From Chloroflexota bacterium (lineage in GTDB: Bacteria; Chloroflexota; Anaerolineae; Anaerolineales; Villigracilaceae): DNA of 64,000 nucleotides. How positions within the stretch are numbered: the stretch's first letter is position 1; every line of letters starts with the position of its first letter. Shown here piece by piece: positions 18,279-27,272 of this stretch. The notes under the pieces were generated by a model. That model was not told the DNA's origin and did no database searches. It was given only the letters and a program-made list of their open reading frames with translations. The position numbers and the translations under genes are program-made. The stretch spans positions 69,297 through 133,296 of the forward strand of contig JACRMH010000041.1 in NCBI GenBank assembly GCA_016219545.1, given 5' to 3'.

Positions 18279-19246
18279 AAAATGCCTGCCTCCTTCAAGT
18301 TTTCAACAAGTCGCGGCTCGACAGGATACGCGCCGGCTTCGAACTTATTACCTGTCAATAATTCATAGATCGTAATATAGCGTTCGCTCGCCGCCGCCCA
18401 TAATTCAGCAGGCACAGTTGGAATTTCACCATCGCCGCGATAACCTTTCTTGGCATATTCCAACCGGACAAACTCCTTGTCAAAGTTTTCAGGGTCTTCA
18501 CCTGCCGCAAAACGCTCTGCATAAGAATCCGCCTTCCAAAAGCGCGATGAGTCGGGGGTATGGACTTCGTCTATCAAGACCACACTGCCATCTTTTGCAA
18601 TCCCGAATTCATACTTTGTATCTACAAGGATCAAACCCGCTCTGCGTGCAACTTCCTGTCCGCGTTTGAAAATTGCCAGAGCCGCCGCTTGCACTTGTTC
18701 CCACGTCTTTGAATCGAGCAATCCTTTTTCAACAACCTCCGCGCAAGTGAGTCTTTCATCGTGACCAGTCGCGCCGCCTTTGGTTGTGGGTGTGATGATC
18801 GGTTCGGGCAACTCGGCATTCTTCTGCAATCCATCCGGAAAGGTGTAGCCATAGATCTCGCGCTCACCCAGCGAATAGCGATACCACAATGCAGTGGATG
18901 TAATGCCGGTGATATATCCGCGCACGATGACTTCCACCAGAATGGGCTCCGCCACTTTTACGATAGAAACATTCGGGTCAGGCACAGAAACCATGTGATT
19001 GGGAATCAAGTCTTTGGTCTGCTCAAACCACCACGCGGACAATTGATTGAGCACCTGTCCCTTATATGGGACTCGCGCGAGGATAATGTCAAAAGCAGAG
19101 AGGCGATCAGTCGTGACAATGAGTCTTTCACCATTCGGAAGATCGTACCAGTCACGCACTTTGCCCGAAGTCTTGCCTGCCAAAGGCAGATCGGTTTTGT
19201 TCAATGCCTGAGATAAAAGTTTGACTAGTTCATCTTTTGAGATCAT
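18275..19246 (-). CDS. purC: SAICAR synthetase (long type)
   Basis: GKVRD, TDRLSAFD, TPTTK, LVDTKYEFG, DEVHTPDSSRFW, DKEFVR. Confidence 0.96.
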   Translation of the reverse strand: MISKDELVKLLSQALNKTDLPLAGKTSGKVRDWYDLPNGERLIVTTDRLSAFDIILARVPYKGQVLNQLSAWWFEQTKDLIPNHMVSVPDPNVSIVKVAEPILVEVIVRGYITGITSTALWYRYSLGEREIYGYTFPDGLQKNAELPEPIITPTTKGGATGHDERLTCAEVVEKGLLDSKTWEQVQAAALAIFKRGQEVARRAGLILVDTKYEFGIAKDGSVVLIDEVHTPDSSRFWKADSYAERFAAGEDPENFDKEFVRLEYAKKGYRGDGEIPTVPAELWAAASERYITIYELLTGNKFEAGAYPVEPRLVENLKEAGIL

Positions 19247-19258
19247 GAGTTCTCCGTT

Positions 19259-20053
19259 TTATAAATTGCTTGCATATTTGACGCCGTTTTGAAACAAAGC
19301 CAATCCGCTGCAACCATTCACACCGCCTGTCCAGTTCGGATGCTGATATGAATGGATATGATTTTCAGGGTGTGGCATCAATCCGAGCACATTGCCTTGC
19401 AGGTTGCAGATGCCGGCGATATCAAGAAGTGAACCGTTTGGGTTGAATGGATATTCGCCATTCGCAGGTGAACCATCCGAATGGACATACGTGATAGCGA
19501 CTTGATCGTTATCAACAAAAGAAGAAAGAGGAAAGAGTTCAGACGTTTGAAAGTTGCCTTCTCCATGCGCGATTGGGCATTCGATCAATTCAGTCAGTCC
19601 ATCCGTCCAAATACATTTTTTCGACTTTGGCTTGAGTGTCACCCACCTACACTCGAAGTGACCATGTGCATTAAACGTCAACGTCACTTCGGATTCATTC
19701 TTTCTTCTTTCATCTTTCTTTTCTCCGCCCGGCAATATCCCTGATTTCACCAATGCTTGAAATCCATTACAGATCCCGATCACAGGTTTTCCAGAGTCGA
19801 CAAACGCTGCGATCTCCTCGCTGAAGTAGGAATTCAAGTCAAGCGCCAGCAACTTGCCCGCTCCAAGAGCATCCGCATAGGAAAACCCGCCCGCAACAAC
19901 CAGCATTTGATAATCATCGAATCGCGCCTTACCTGCACGCAATTCGCTCAATGGAACGGGATGCGGTTCCGCGCCAGCAAGAGTTAATGCCTCGGCAACA
20001 TCGTGGTCGCGGTTCGTGCCGCGTGCTTGTAAGATCAGAGCCTTTGGTTTCAT
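19259..20053 (-). CDS. purQ: FGAM synthase glutaminase subunit
   Basis: GGFSYAD, GICNGFQ, IAHGEG, NPNGS, MPHPE; start at the ATGA overlap with purL. Confidence 0.95.
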   Translation of the reverse strand: MKPKALILQARGTNRDHDVAEALTLAGAEPHPVPLSELRAGKARFDDYQMLVVAGGFSYADALGAGKLLALDLNSYFSEEIAAFVDSGKPVIGICNGFQALVKSGILPGGEKKDERRKNESEVTLTFNAHGHFECRWVTLKPKSKKCIWTDGLTELIECPIAHGEGNFQTSELFPLSSFVDNDQVAITYVHSDGSPANGEYPFNPNGSLLDIAGICNLQGNVLGLMPHPENHIHSYQHPNWTGGVNGCSGLALFQNGVKYASNL

Positions 20054-22920
20054 AAAGGGGTATTCCATGCTTCGACAAGTTGGGAAACTGTGACATCCAA
20101 TGCTTTGAATCCGTGGAAGAGCGCTGTCAACGATGTCTCTTGTGTGGTTTTGCCCAGCCAATATGAAGGCAAGCCTTTGAAAGTGTTCAGGAATTTTTCT
20201 TTATTTGCAGGGGAAACTTCGACCAATAACGAACCTGTGCTTTCGCCGAATAAAACCCTGACGACATCATCCCACAAATTGGATTCGATCTTCATCCCCA
20301 GCCTGCCGCCGATGCACATCTCTGCGGCTGCAACCGCCAGCCCGCCTTCGGAAATATCATGTACAGAGCGGACCAAACCTTCGGTAATCGCCTGATGCAA
20401 TGCCTTATAAACTTTTGGCGTACTCTGATGCAGAACAGGAATGCTTTCATTCACTTCCCCCATGACCAGCCCAAAATGCGATCCGCCAAAGACAGGTTGA
20501 AAATTTCCAATCACATAAATTTCGTTTCCGGCTTCCTTCAAGTCCATCGTCACGGCTTTCGTCACATCATCCATCATCCCCAGGGCTGAGATCAAAAGCG
20601 TCGGCGGAATGGAATGACGTTGTCCGTCTGCGCCCATGTATTCGTTATTAAGCGAATCTTTTCCGCTGATAAATGGTGCGCCAAACAACATTGCCCCATC
20701 GTGACAGCCGTGCGCGGCTTCGACCAGCGTGCCCATCGTCTCCGGCCGCTTGGGGTCACCCCAGCAGAAATTGTCGAGAATGGCGATCCGCTCAGGGTCA
20801 GCGCCAACCGCCACCGCATTGCGGATCGCTTCGTCAATTACCGCTAGCGCCATGCGATAGGCGTCGCGCTTTCCGTATTCGGGATTGATCCCGTTCGACA
20901 GAACGATCCCCTTCATGCCGCGCGTGCCTTGAGGTTTTATGACCGTTGCGTCAGACGGCGCGTCGGCCTGGATTCCCGTCAACGGCTTGACCACCGTCCC
21001 GCCCTGGATCTCATGGTCGTAAATTCGGATCACAGATGACTTGCTGGCGATGTTGGGATGGGCAAGCAATTTCAATAAAACCTTTTCCGCATCAACGTTA
21101 GCCGACAACTGTTCACTGACAACTGACAACTGTTCACTGATGACCGCACTCAATTGCCTCTGCGGAATGCCCTCATGCAAGAATTCATTATCAAGGTCAA
21201 GAACGATCTTTCCATCATATCGAACTACCAAACGATGCTCGCCTGTGAATGAACCTATATCTGTTAATTCAGTATCGAAGGTATTGCACAATTCCTGCAA
21301 CGCAGAAAGATTCTCCGACGATACCGCGAGCGTCATGCGCTCCTGCGCTTCAGAGAGCCATATCTCCCACGGGGCAAGACCCGGATATTTGAGCCGGACA
21401 TTTCGAAGGTCAACATCCGCGCCGACCTTCGATGCCATTTCACCAACCGCAGACGATAACCCGCCGGCGCCGCAATCGGTGATGTCTGTGTAAAGCCCCA
21501 TATCACGCGCGCGGACGATGACATCTATCAATCCTTTTTCTGTGATCGGGTCGCCGATCTGAACGGACGCGCCCGCTACTTCACCAGTTTGGGCATCCAT
21601 CGTCATAGACGAGAAGGTCGCGCCGCGCAAGCCATCGCGCCCTGTGCGCCCGCCGAGGACAATGACCCTGTCCCCACGCTGTGGATTCTTTTTATGTTTT
21701 CCTTTTGGAGCGATGCCTACGCATCCGCAAAAGACTAACGGGTTGGCTGTGTAGCCTTCATCAAAAAGGATCGCGCCGTTGACCGTGGGAATGCCGATCT
21801 TATTGCCATAATCCTGCACGCCTGCCACCACACCGCTCATGATCCGTTTTGGATGCAGCACACCTTCAGGCAGTTGATCGAATGAAATGTTTTGATTTCC
21901 AAAACATAAAACATCCGTGTTCGCAATCGGCTTGGCAGAGACGCCCAGCACGTCGCGGATGACTCCGCCTACTCCGGTATTCGCGCCGCCAAAGGGTTCG
22001 ATGGCGGACGGATGGTTGTGAGTCTCCACTTTGAATGAGACTTCAAAGTCATCATCAAAGTCAACGATGCCGGCATTATCCACAAAAGCGGACAAGACCC
22101 ACGGGGCGTTGATTTTGTCGGTGGCGGATTTGAGATAAGTTTTTATCAGACTGTCGACAGTGGACGGTTGACCGTTTGAAGCCACGGTCTGTTGTCCACC
22201 GTCAATCGTCACTTTTGCCTTGAACGTTTTATGCCCGCAATGCTCACTCCACGTTTGCGCGATGGTTTCAAATTCAATATCGGTGAGGTCACGATCTTCT
22301 TTAATACAATAACTTTGGATTGCCTTCATTTCGGCAAGGTCCAGCGCAGCGCGGCGGTCTTTGGAGAGGAGGAATAATTCATCATCGTTGAGTCCGCGGA
22401 TGGAGATGGTTTCAATCGCCCCGCTCGATTCAAGTTCTTCAGGAAATGACGGTTCGATGTTGCCAACCTTCCAATGTTGAATGACGTTGTTCGCCAGAAG
22501 TTGTTTTGCAAGTTGTTTTATTTCGTCAGCATTCAAACCTTCAAGCTGAAACCTTAGCCCCGTAGCCGCCCGATGGACTCCGTCAATACCGATCTCATGC
22601 GCCGCGCGGACGATCTCATGGGCGACGGGGTCGGTCACTCCGGGGCGCAGGGAAACTTCCACGGTGACAGAATCAGTCCCGAGGTCGGGATGAGGCGCAG
22701 GAAGTTCCACCCAAAGAGCAGATTGAGTCACGGAGTCGCTTAAAAGTTTGAGGGTCAACTGCTGCAAATCTTCCTGCGACAGTTGACCCTCGACAAAGTA
22801 CAAGTCTTGACACTCTATCCTCTGCAAATTATTGAATCCCAAGGCCCGCGCGTCCAAAAGATAATGTGCCGAGCGCGGATCAAGGTGGGTGAAACAGACG
22901 ATAATTCGGTAGATGGACAT
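20050..22920 (-). CDS. purL: FGAM synthase PurL with two N-terminal PurS-like domains
   Basis: QTWSEHCGHK, KVETHNHPS, DCGAGG, SEAQERM, SGKDS; N-terminal DP...LLSD and RPGVTDP...LLAN repeats resemble PurS. Confidence 0.95.
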   Translation of the reverse strand: MSIYRIIVCFTHLDPRSAHYLLDARALGFNNLQRIECQDLYFVEGQLSQEDLQQLTLKLLSDSVTQSALWVELPAPHPDLGTDSVTVEVSLRPGVTDPVAHEIVRAAHEIGIDGVHRAATGLRFQLEGLNADEIKQLAKQLLANNVIQHWKVGNIEPSFPEELESSGAIETISIRGLNDDELFLLSKDRRAALDLAEMKAIQSYCIKEDRDLTDIEFETIAQTWSEHCGHKTFKAKVTIDGGQQTVASNGQPSTVDSLIKTYLKSATDKINAPWVLSAFVDNAGIVDFDDDFEVSFKVETHNHPSAIEPFGGANTGVGGVIRDVLGVSAKPIANTDVLCFGNQNISFDQLPEGVLHPKRIMSGVVAGVQDYGNKIGIPTVNGAILFDEGYTANPLVFCGCVGIAPKGKHKKNPQRGDRVIVLGGRTGRDGLRGATFSSMTMDAQTGEVAGASVQIGDPITEKGLIDVIVRARDMGLYTDITDCGAGGLSSAVGEMASKVGADVDLRNVRLKYPGLAPWEIWLSEAQERMTLAVSSENLSALQELCNTFDTELTDIGSFTGEHRLVVRYDGKIVLDLDNEFLHEGIPQRQLSAVISEQLSVVSEQLSANVDAEKVLLKLLAHPNIASKSSVIRIYDHEIQGGTVVKPLTGIQADAPSDATVIKPQGTRGMKGIVLSNGINPEYGKRDAYRMALAVIDEAIRNAVAVGADPERIAILDNFCWGDPKRPETMGTLVEAAHGCHDGAMLFGAPFISGKDSLNNEYMGADGQRHSIPPTLLISALGMMDDVTKAVTMDLKEAGNEIYVIGNFQPVFGGSHFGLVMGEVNESIPVLHQSTPKVYKALHQAITEGLVRSVHDISEGGLAVAAAEMCIGGRLGMKIESNLWDDVVRVLFGESTGSLLVEVSPANKEKFLNTFKGLPSYWLGKTTQETSLTALFHGFKALDVTVSQLVEAWNTPL

Positions 22921-22945
22921 GAGAAAGCCTCTCGAAAGTGGGGCG

Positions 22946-22990
22946 ATTGTACATCAACGAAGTTGACTAGTCAACAGTTGTCTAGTCAAA
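22946..22990 (-). promoter_or_regulatory. Sigma70-type promoter of the pur operon overlapped by a tandem palindrome
   Basis: TTGACT (22969-22974)-N17-TACAAT (22946-22951); palindrome GTTGACTAGTCAAC followed by GTTGTCTAGTCAA. Confidence 0.6.
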
Positions 22991-23074
22991 ATACATAATA
23001 ATTAGATTAGAAGGGATGAACCCAAGTTGCCCCCGCAAATTTACACAAACTCTAAGACGCCGTGTCCCTGTTTA

Positions 23075-23662
23075 TCAGCTCACCTGCTCTGACGCCAATT
23101 GTGCAATGATCTGCTCGGATGACATGACCTGTCCGTAGGATTTCAGCGCAGCAAGAAATGCCTTGTGGACATGTTCTGCGGAAATGACAGTCTCGCCATA
23201 TTTCAGGTCGCGCGTGGCGCAGGCATCTTCGGCAACCCAAACTTGAAAGCCGAAGTCTGCGGCGGCGCGGGCGGTGGCATCCACGCACATGTGAGTCATC
23301 ATGCCGGTGATGACCACCCGCTCGATGCCCCAGCCCTTCAACAACTCAAGCAGATTCGTCTCACGGAACGAGTTGGGATAATGCTTATAAACGATCGGCT
23401 CTCCTTCAAAGTGCGCGACTGCATCATGAATATCCGAGCCTTCGGTGCCTTTCACAAAAAAGGTCGCGTCAGGTTTCAGGGCGATATGCTGAATATGGAC
23501 GTGATGTCCGCCATGCTCGCGGAAGCATTGAAGAATCATGTAGGCTTTCTTTGCGGCCTCCAGCGGGTTGACCAGCTCCATTTTGCCGCCGGGAAAATAA
23601 TCTTTTTGGATGTCAATTAGTAATAAGGCTGTTTTCATTTTGAGACCAGTTTTATTTTTCAT
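23075..23662 (-). CDS. Isochorismatase-family cysteine hydrolase
   Basis: LLLIDIQKDYF, KHYPNSF, GMMTHMCV. Confidence 0.92.
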   Translation of the reverse strand: MKNKTGLKMKTALLLIDIQKDYFPGGKMELVNPLEAAKKAYMILQCFREHGGHHVHIQHIALKPDATFFVKGTEGSDIHDAVAHFEGEPIVYKHYPNSFRETNLLELLKGWGIERVVITGMMTHMCVDATARAAADFGFQVWVAEDACATRDLKYGETVISAEHVHKAFLAALKSYGQVMSSEQIIAQLASEQVS

Positions 23663-24029
23663 ACGGCTGCACAGTTTTCAGCCCCCGTAACACACGATAA
23701 TGTTTAACATTGAAAGTAGCAAGTTGCGCATGAACGCCAATAGCGGTTTCCGCGATCAAAGCATCCAGCAGACCAATATTATCACTCAGATGGTGTGCTG
23801 AAAAACTGGTGAGCGCGCGATTATTATCTTCTTCGCTCGGCCAATAAAGCCGGTAATTTGATAATGATCTTTCCAATTGCCTTTGTTCTTTAGCATTCTG
23901 GCATCCCTGTATCAACTCCATGACCACAAGTCCGGGCACGCCAATTTCCTGAGCGCTCTCCAGCCATATTTTTGCCGGCTCATACCCGCGTAATATATCC
24001 ACCATCACGTCAGTGTCAAGCAGGATCAT
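23652..24029 (-). CDS. VapC-type PIN-domain toxin
   Basis: ILLDTDV, ELIQG, DALIAETA, TFNVKHY. Confidence 0.9.
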   Translation of the reverse strand: MILLDTDVMVDILRGYEPAKIWLESAQEIGVPGLVVMELIQGCQNAKEQRQLERSLSNYRLYWPSEEDNNRALTSFSAHHLSDNIGLLDALIAETAIGVHAQLATFNVKHYRVLRGLKTVQPYEK

Positions 24030-24268
24030 AATCCACGCCCGCGCGTTTGCGCTTGCGTACGAAGTTTGCGCGCATACGCAACACTATCTTTGATATCCTT
24101 CCTTTTTGCCCATATCCCAACCAATCCGGAATCGAGCAGGTCTTTTCCCATCATTGCCTTGTCGGAATGGCGCGCGCGCTCGACCAGACGAATGGCCAAT
24201 AAAAGCTGTTCACTGGGAGATAAAAGGTCGGCTTGTTTAAGTAACTTCTCAAAAGTATCTAATGCCAT
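24026..24268 (-). CDS. Putative antitoxin
   Basis: Small ORF coupled to the PIN gene by ATGA; C-terminal GIWAKRKDI.DSVAYARKLR. Confidence 0.7.
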   Translation of the reverse strand: MALDTFEKLLKQADLLSPSEQLLLAIRLVERARHSDKAMMGKDLLDSGLVGIWAKRKDIKDSVAYARKLRTQAQTRGRGL

Positions 24269-24309
24269 TTTGACTCCAATCAATTCTCTGAGCTTGGATT
24301 ATATACCAA

Positions 24310-24933
24310 TTACTTCCTTCCAAAATCCGCCGGATTCTCGCCCCATAGTTTTGTATCCCATTTCAAGATCTTATCTTCAGGCAATTCATTCTCAGCCAGC
24401 CAATTCTCCGCACTGTGGATGAGGGCAAAGAGTACGGCATTCTTTGGCGTGTGCTCAAGTTTGGTTTTGCATATCCCTGTGGTGACCCATGAGATCGCAT
24501 TTTCAGAATCGGAATAAATGGTGACATGCGAATTATGCTTTTCCTCCCAAGTCAGCACATGGACAATGGCCAGAAATTCACCGACATTATTCGTCCCATG
24601 AACATAGGGTCCCACACGGAAAATTTCCTCGCCTGTATCTGTGTTCACGCCGCGATATTCCACTTTGCCGGGCGAGCCGCTGCAAGCTGCATCCACGCAA
24701 ATGGATGGCAGGACAGGTTGAATGCTGGCCGTTTTCCATTTGCCATGCGATGAAACCTTGCCTTTGAATTGTTCATATTTGGAAAGGAAGGCCGCATTGG
24801 CCTCGGCTTCACTTTCGAAGGCCTTGAACTGCGCATCGGCAACGCCTTTCACATGTTTTTCACATTCCGTCCATGAAGTGAAAATACCTGTCTTGCGTCC
24901 CTTCCATACAACATAATACTTTTGCTTTGGCAT
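24310..24933 (-). CDS. Ribonuclease HI with N-terminal hybrid-binding (viroplasmin-like) domain
   Basis: YYVVWKGRKTGIF.SW; VDAACSG, TNNVGEFLA, YSDS, WGENPADFGRK. Confidence 0.93.
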   Translation of the reverse strand: MPKQKYYVVWKGRKTGIFTSWTECEKHVKGVADAQFKAFESEAEANAAFLSKYEQFKGKVSSHGKWKTASIQPVLPSICVDAACSGSPGKVEYRGVNTDTGEEIFRVGPYVHGTNNVGEFLAIVHVLTWEEKHNSHVTIYSDSENAISWVTTGICKTKLEHTPKNAVLFALIHSAENWLAENELPEDKILKWDTKLWGENPADFGRK

Positions 24934-25035
24934 GATTCAATTTTACATCAAAGCATGGAAAGGAAATGAGAATGCAATACGCTCAAGTGTATAATCGCAT
25001 GGTCGTTCCACTTTATCAATAGGAGAAAATAAGCC

Positions 25036-26196
25036 ATGACATTCCAGCCCGTCTACTATTCCCAGCAAGACCCAAAATGGAAGCAGGACATCCTCGGCTT
25101 TGGCGACCCCGCCGACACAATTGGTTACATCGGCTGCGCGTTAACGAGCACAGCCATGCTGGTCAGCGGACATGGTTATGTGGAAACTCCTCAAACCCTC
25201 AATCAAAAATTAAAGAACGTCAACGGCTTTGTCAGCGCCGGCATTCGCTGGAGCGGCGTGACCCAGATCTTCCCCCAGATCGCCGTCAAAAGCAATATCA
25301 CCTGTCTCAATGAAGATGCGCCGCTCGGACTGATAGATGCCTCCATCGCTGCCGGTCAACCCGTCATCGTGATGGTGGATAGCACCCCCGCCGCCGGGCT
25401 ACTCACCCACTGGGTTGTCTTATATGCAAAAGAAGGCAATGACTATCTCATGCTCGACCCATGGCCTTATCAAACCGACGTCACCAAAAAAACATATCTG
25501 CTACCGCGCTATAGTCAGGGCAACCCGATCCAGCGTTCGATCATGCATGTCATCATCTACGAATGTTACACAGCCAGCGGAGGGACCGCCATCCCGGGAT
25601 CATCTGCGCCGACGACTCCGCCTCAGACTCCGCCGGTGCCTGTCCCTGTTCCAACCAGCACCACCACCGCCCGGGTCAAGGCCGAAGCGACTGCTGGCTT
25701 GAATATCCGCTCCAGCATAGATACTTCCAGTACAAGCAATATTATCGGTCGAGTATCGGCAGGAGATGTATTAACTCTCATCGAAGCGGACGGCGCTTCA
25801 AAAATCGGCGCGGTCAATCAATGGGTACGCGTACGCGACGGCCAAAATAACGAAGGTTTCTGCGCCGCCTGGTATCTGGAAAGAATTCCATTAGCCAACC
25901 CCGTGCCGACTCCGCCGCCGGCAACCACTCCGCCTCCCGCCACAACCACGCCGCCTGCGAATCCAATGGTCGTCCTCGCCAAGCCGGTTGTTGGAAGAGC
26001 AGGTGTGAAAATTTATGAAGCCGCTTCCAGCAATTCAAAGGTTTTATTAGTGGCAAAAACACATGCACAATTTGCCGTGTTGGAAGATTCTAAAACTGCC
26101 CAACCCAAGATCGGCGATAATAGCAAATGGTTATATGTGCAGGCCGCAACCGGCGAGAAGGGCTATGTGAATGGCAGTCTTGTACAACTGCCTTAA
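25036..26196 (+). CDS. C39-like cysteine peptidase with two SH3-like domains and Pro/Thr linkers
   Basis: YSQQDPKW, GCALTS, HWVV, MLDP catalytic pattern; LNIRS...WVRV...GFCAAWYL SH3-like domain. Confidence 0.75.
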   Translation: MTFQPVYYSQQDPKWKQDILGFGDPADTIGYIGCALTSTAMLVSGHGYVETPQTLNQKLKNVNGFVSAGIRWSGVTQIFPQIAVKSNITCLNEDAPLGLIDASIAAGQPVIVMVDSTPAAGLLTHWVVLYAKEGNDYLMLDPWPYQTDVTKKTYLLPRYSQGNPIQRSIMHVIIYECYTASGGTAIPGSSAPTTPPQTPPVPVPVPTSTTTARVKAEATAGLNIRSSIDTSSTSNIIGRVSAGDVLTLIEADGASKIGAVNQWVRVRDGQNNEGFCAAWYLERIPLANPVPTPPPATTPPPATTTPPANPMVVLAKPVVGRAGVKIYEAASSNSKVLLVAKTHAQFAVLEDSKTAQPKIGDNSKWLYVQAATGEKGYVNGSLVQLP

Positions 26197-27272
26197 GCAT
26201 TCAAGGCGGTCACGAACACATCCACCATTTTTTCGATGTTGATCTCTTCTGAGACAATTCGAAAAGATTCCTCCCCCATCTTTCTTAAACGCGCTGTGTC
26301 AGACAGCGCGTTTTTCATTGCGCGGACCAAAGCATTGAAATCATCAGGCTCGATCTGCCAGCCATTCCCCTCGCGGACAAGGTCATCCTGTGTGCCGTCG
26401 CCTTTGGCCACGATGACAGGCAGACCATGACTCATCGCTTCCTGAACAGCCAGTCCGCCAGTTCCGGGCAGGACAAATAAGTCTGCTTGTGCGAAATAAG
26501 GTTTGGACTCAGCCCCATGTTTTTCCCCGACAAACTCTGCGGCCGGGTACACATCTTTGGCAAGCGACTCCAAGGCGGCGCGCTCCGGTCCGTCACCGAC
26601 AATGATCAAACGCGGATTAGTTTTTAATTCAGCGCAGGCACGTAACAAAGAATCAAGTTTCTTTCGAGCTTGTAATCTTCCAACAAATAAAATGGTCGCA
26701 CGGTCTACCGTCCGCGGACTACGGTCAAGAGTTTGTATTGGCTTTGGTGAAACCGAATTATGCGCCACGAATATTTTTTCGCGCGGAAAGCCGAGGGACG
26801 CATATTCCTCCGCGCCGCGTTGACTGTATGCAATGAGCGCGTCAAATTGACTCAGGAATGAGAGTCTGCCCCTTTGACGGAACCCGGCCAACGGTCCCGA
26901 AAGATGCGGCGAACCCAATCCCCAGCCAATGACTCTCCGTCCGCGTTGGTGCATCCACTTGACCGCAGAAGGTGTGGATAAATAGCGCGGGTTCGCTTCC
27001 ACGATCAGGGCATCGGGGTTCCACTCGTTGAGCCAGTTGATTAATCCGCGTTGATAACAGAGATAAAATGCGCCGCCGAATAAATGGATATTTTTTGCTT
27101 CGCGGTATTTCGCAATTTGAGGTTTGCCGCTTGCGATCATTTCGGCGGGCTGCGGCATTCCGGCAAAGAGACTCATACCCTCGCATGACTGCGCGAGCAG
27201 GTCAAAGAATGGGACGCGATAACTCGGAAGCACGCGCTGTTGTAAGGCGAGACAATCTGAATAATGACTCAT
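26193..27272 (-). CDS. GT4 glycosyltransferase
   Basis: FVGRL, VGDGPE, GGLAVQEAMSHGLPVI. Confidence 0.92.
   Translation of the reverse strand: MSHYSDCLALQQRVLPSYRVPFFDLLAQSCEGMSLFAGMPQPAEMIASGKPQIAKYREAKNIHLFGGAFYLCYQRGLINWLNEWNPDALIVEANPRYLSTPSAVKWMHQRGRRVIGWGLGSPHLSGPLAGFRQRGRLSFLSQFDALIAYSQRGAEEYASLGFPREKIFVAHNSVSPKPIQTLDRSPRTVDRATILFVGRLQARKKLDSLLRACAELKTNPRLIIVGDGPERAALESLAKDVYPAAEFVGEKHGAESKPYFAQADLFVLPGTGGLAVQEAMSHGLPVIVAKGDGTQDDLVREGNGWQIEPDDFNALVRAMKNALSDTARLRKMGEESFRIVSEEINIEKMVDVFVTALNA

Noticed and set aside
22921-23074. Purine or ZTP riboswitch upstream of purL
   Set aside because: No recognisable aptamer core, and the predicted promoter leaves a leader of only about 20 nt
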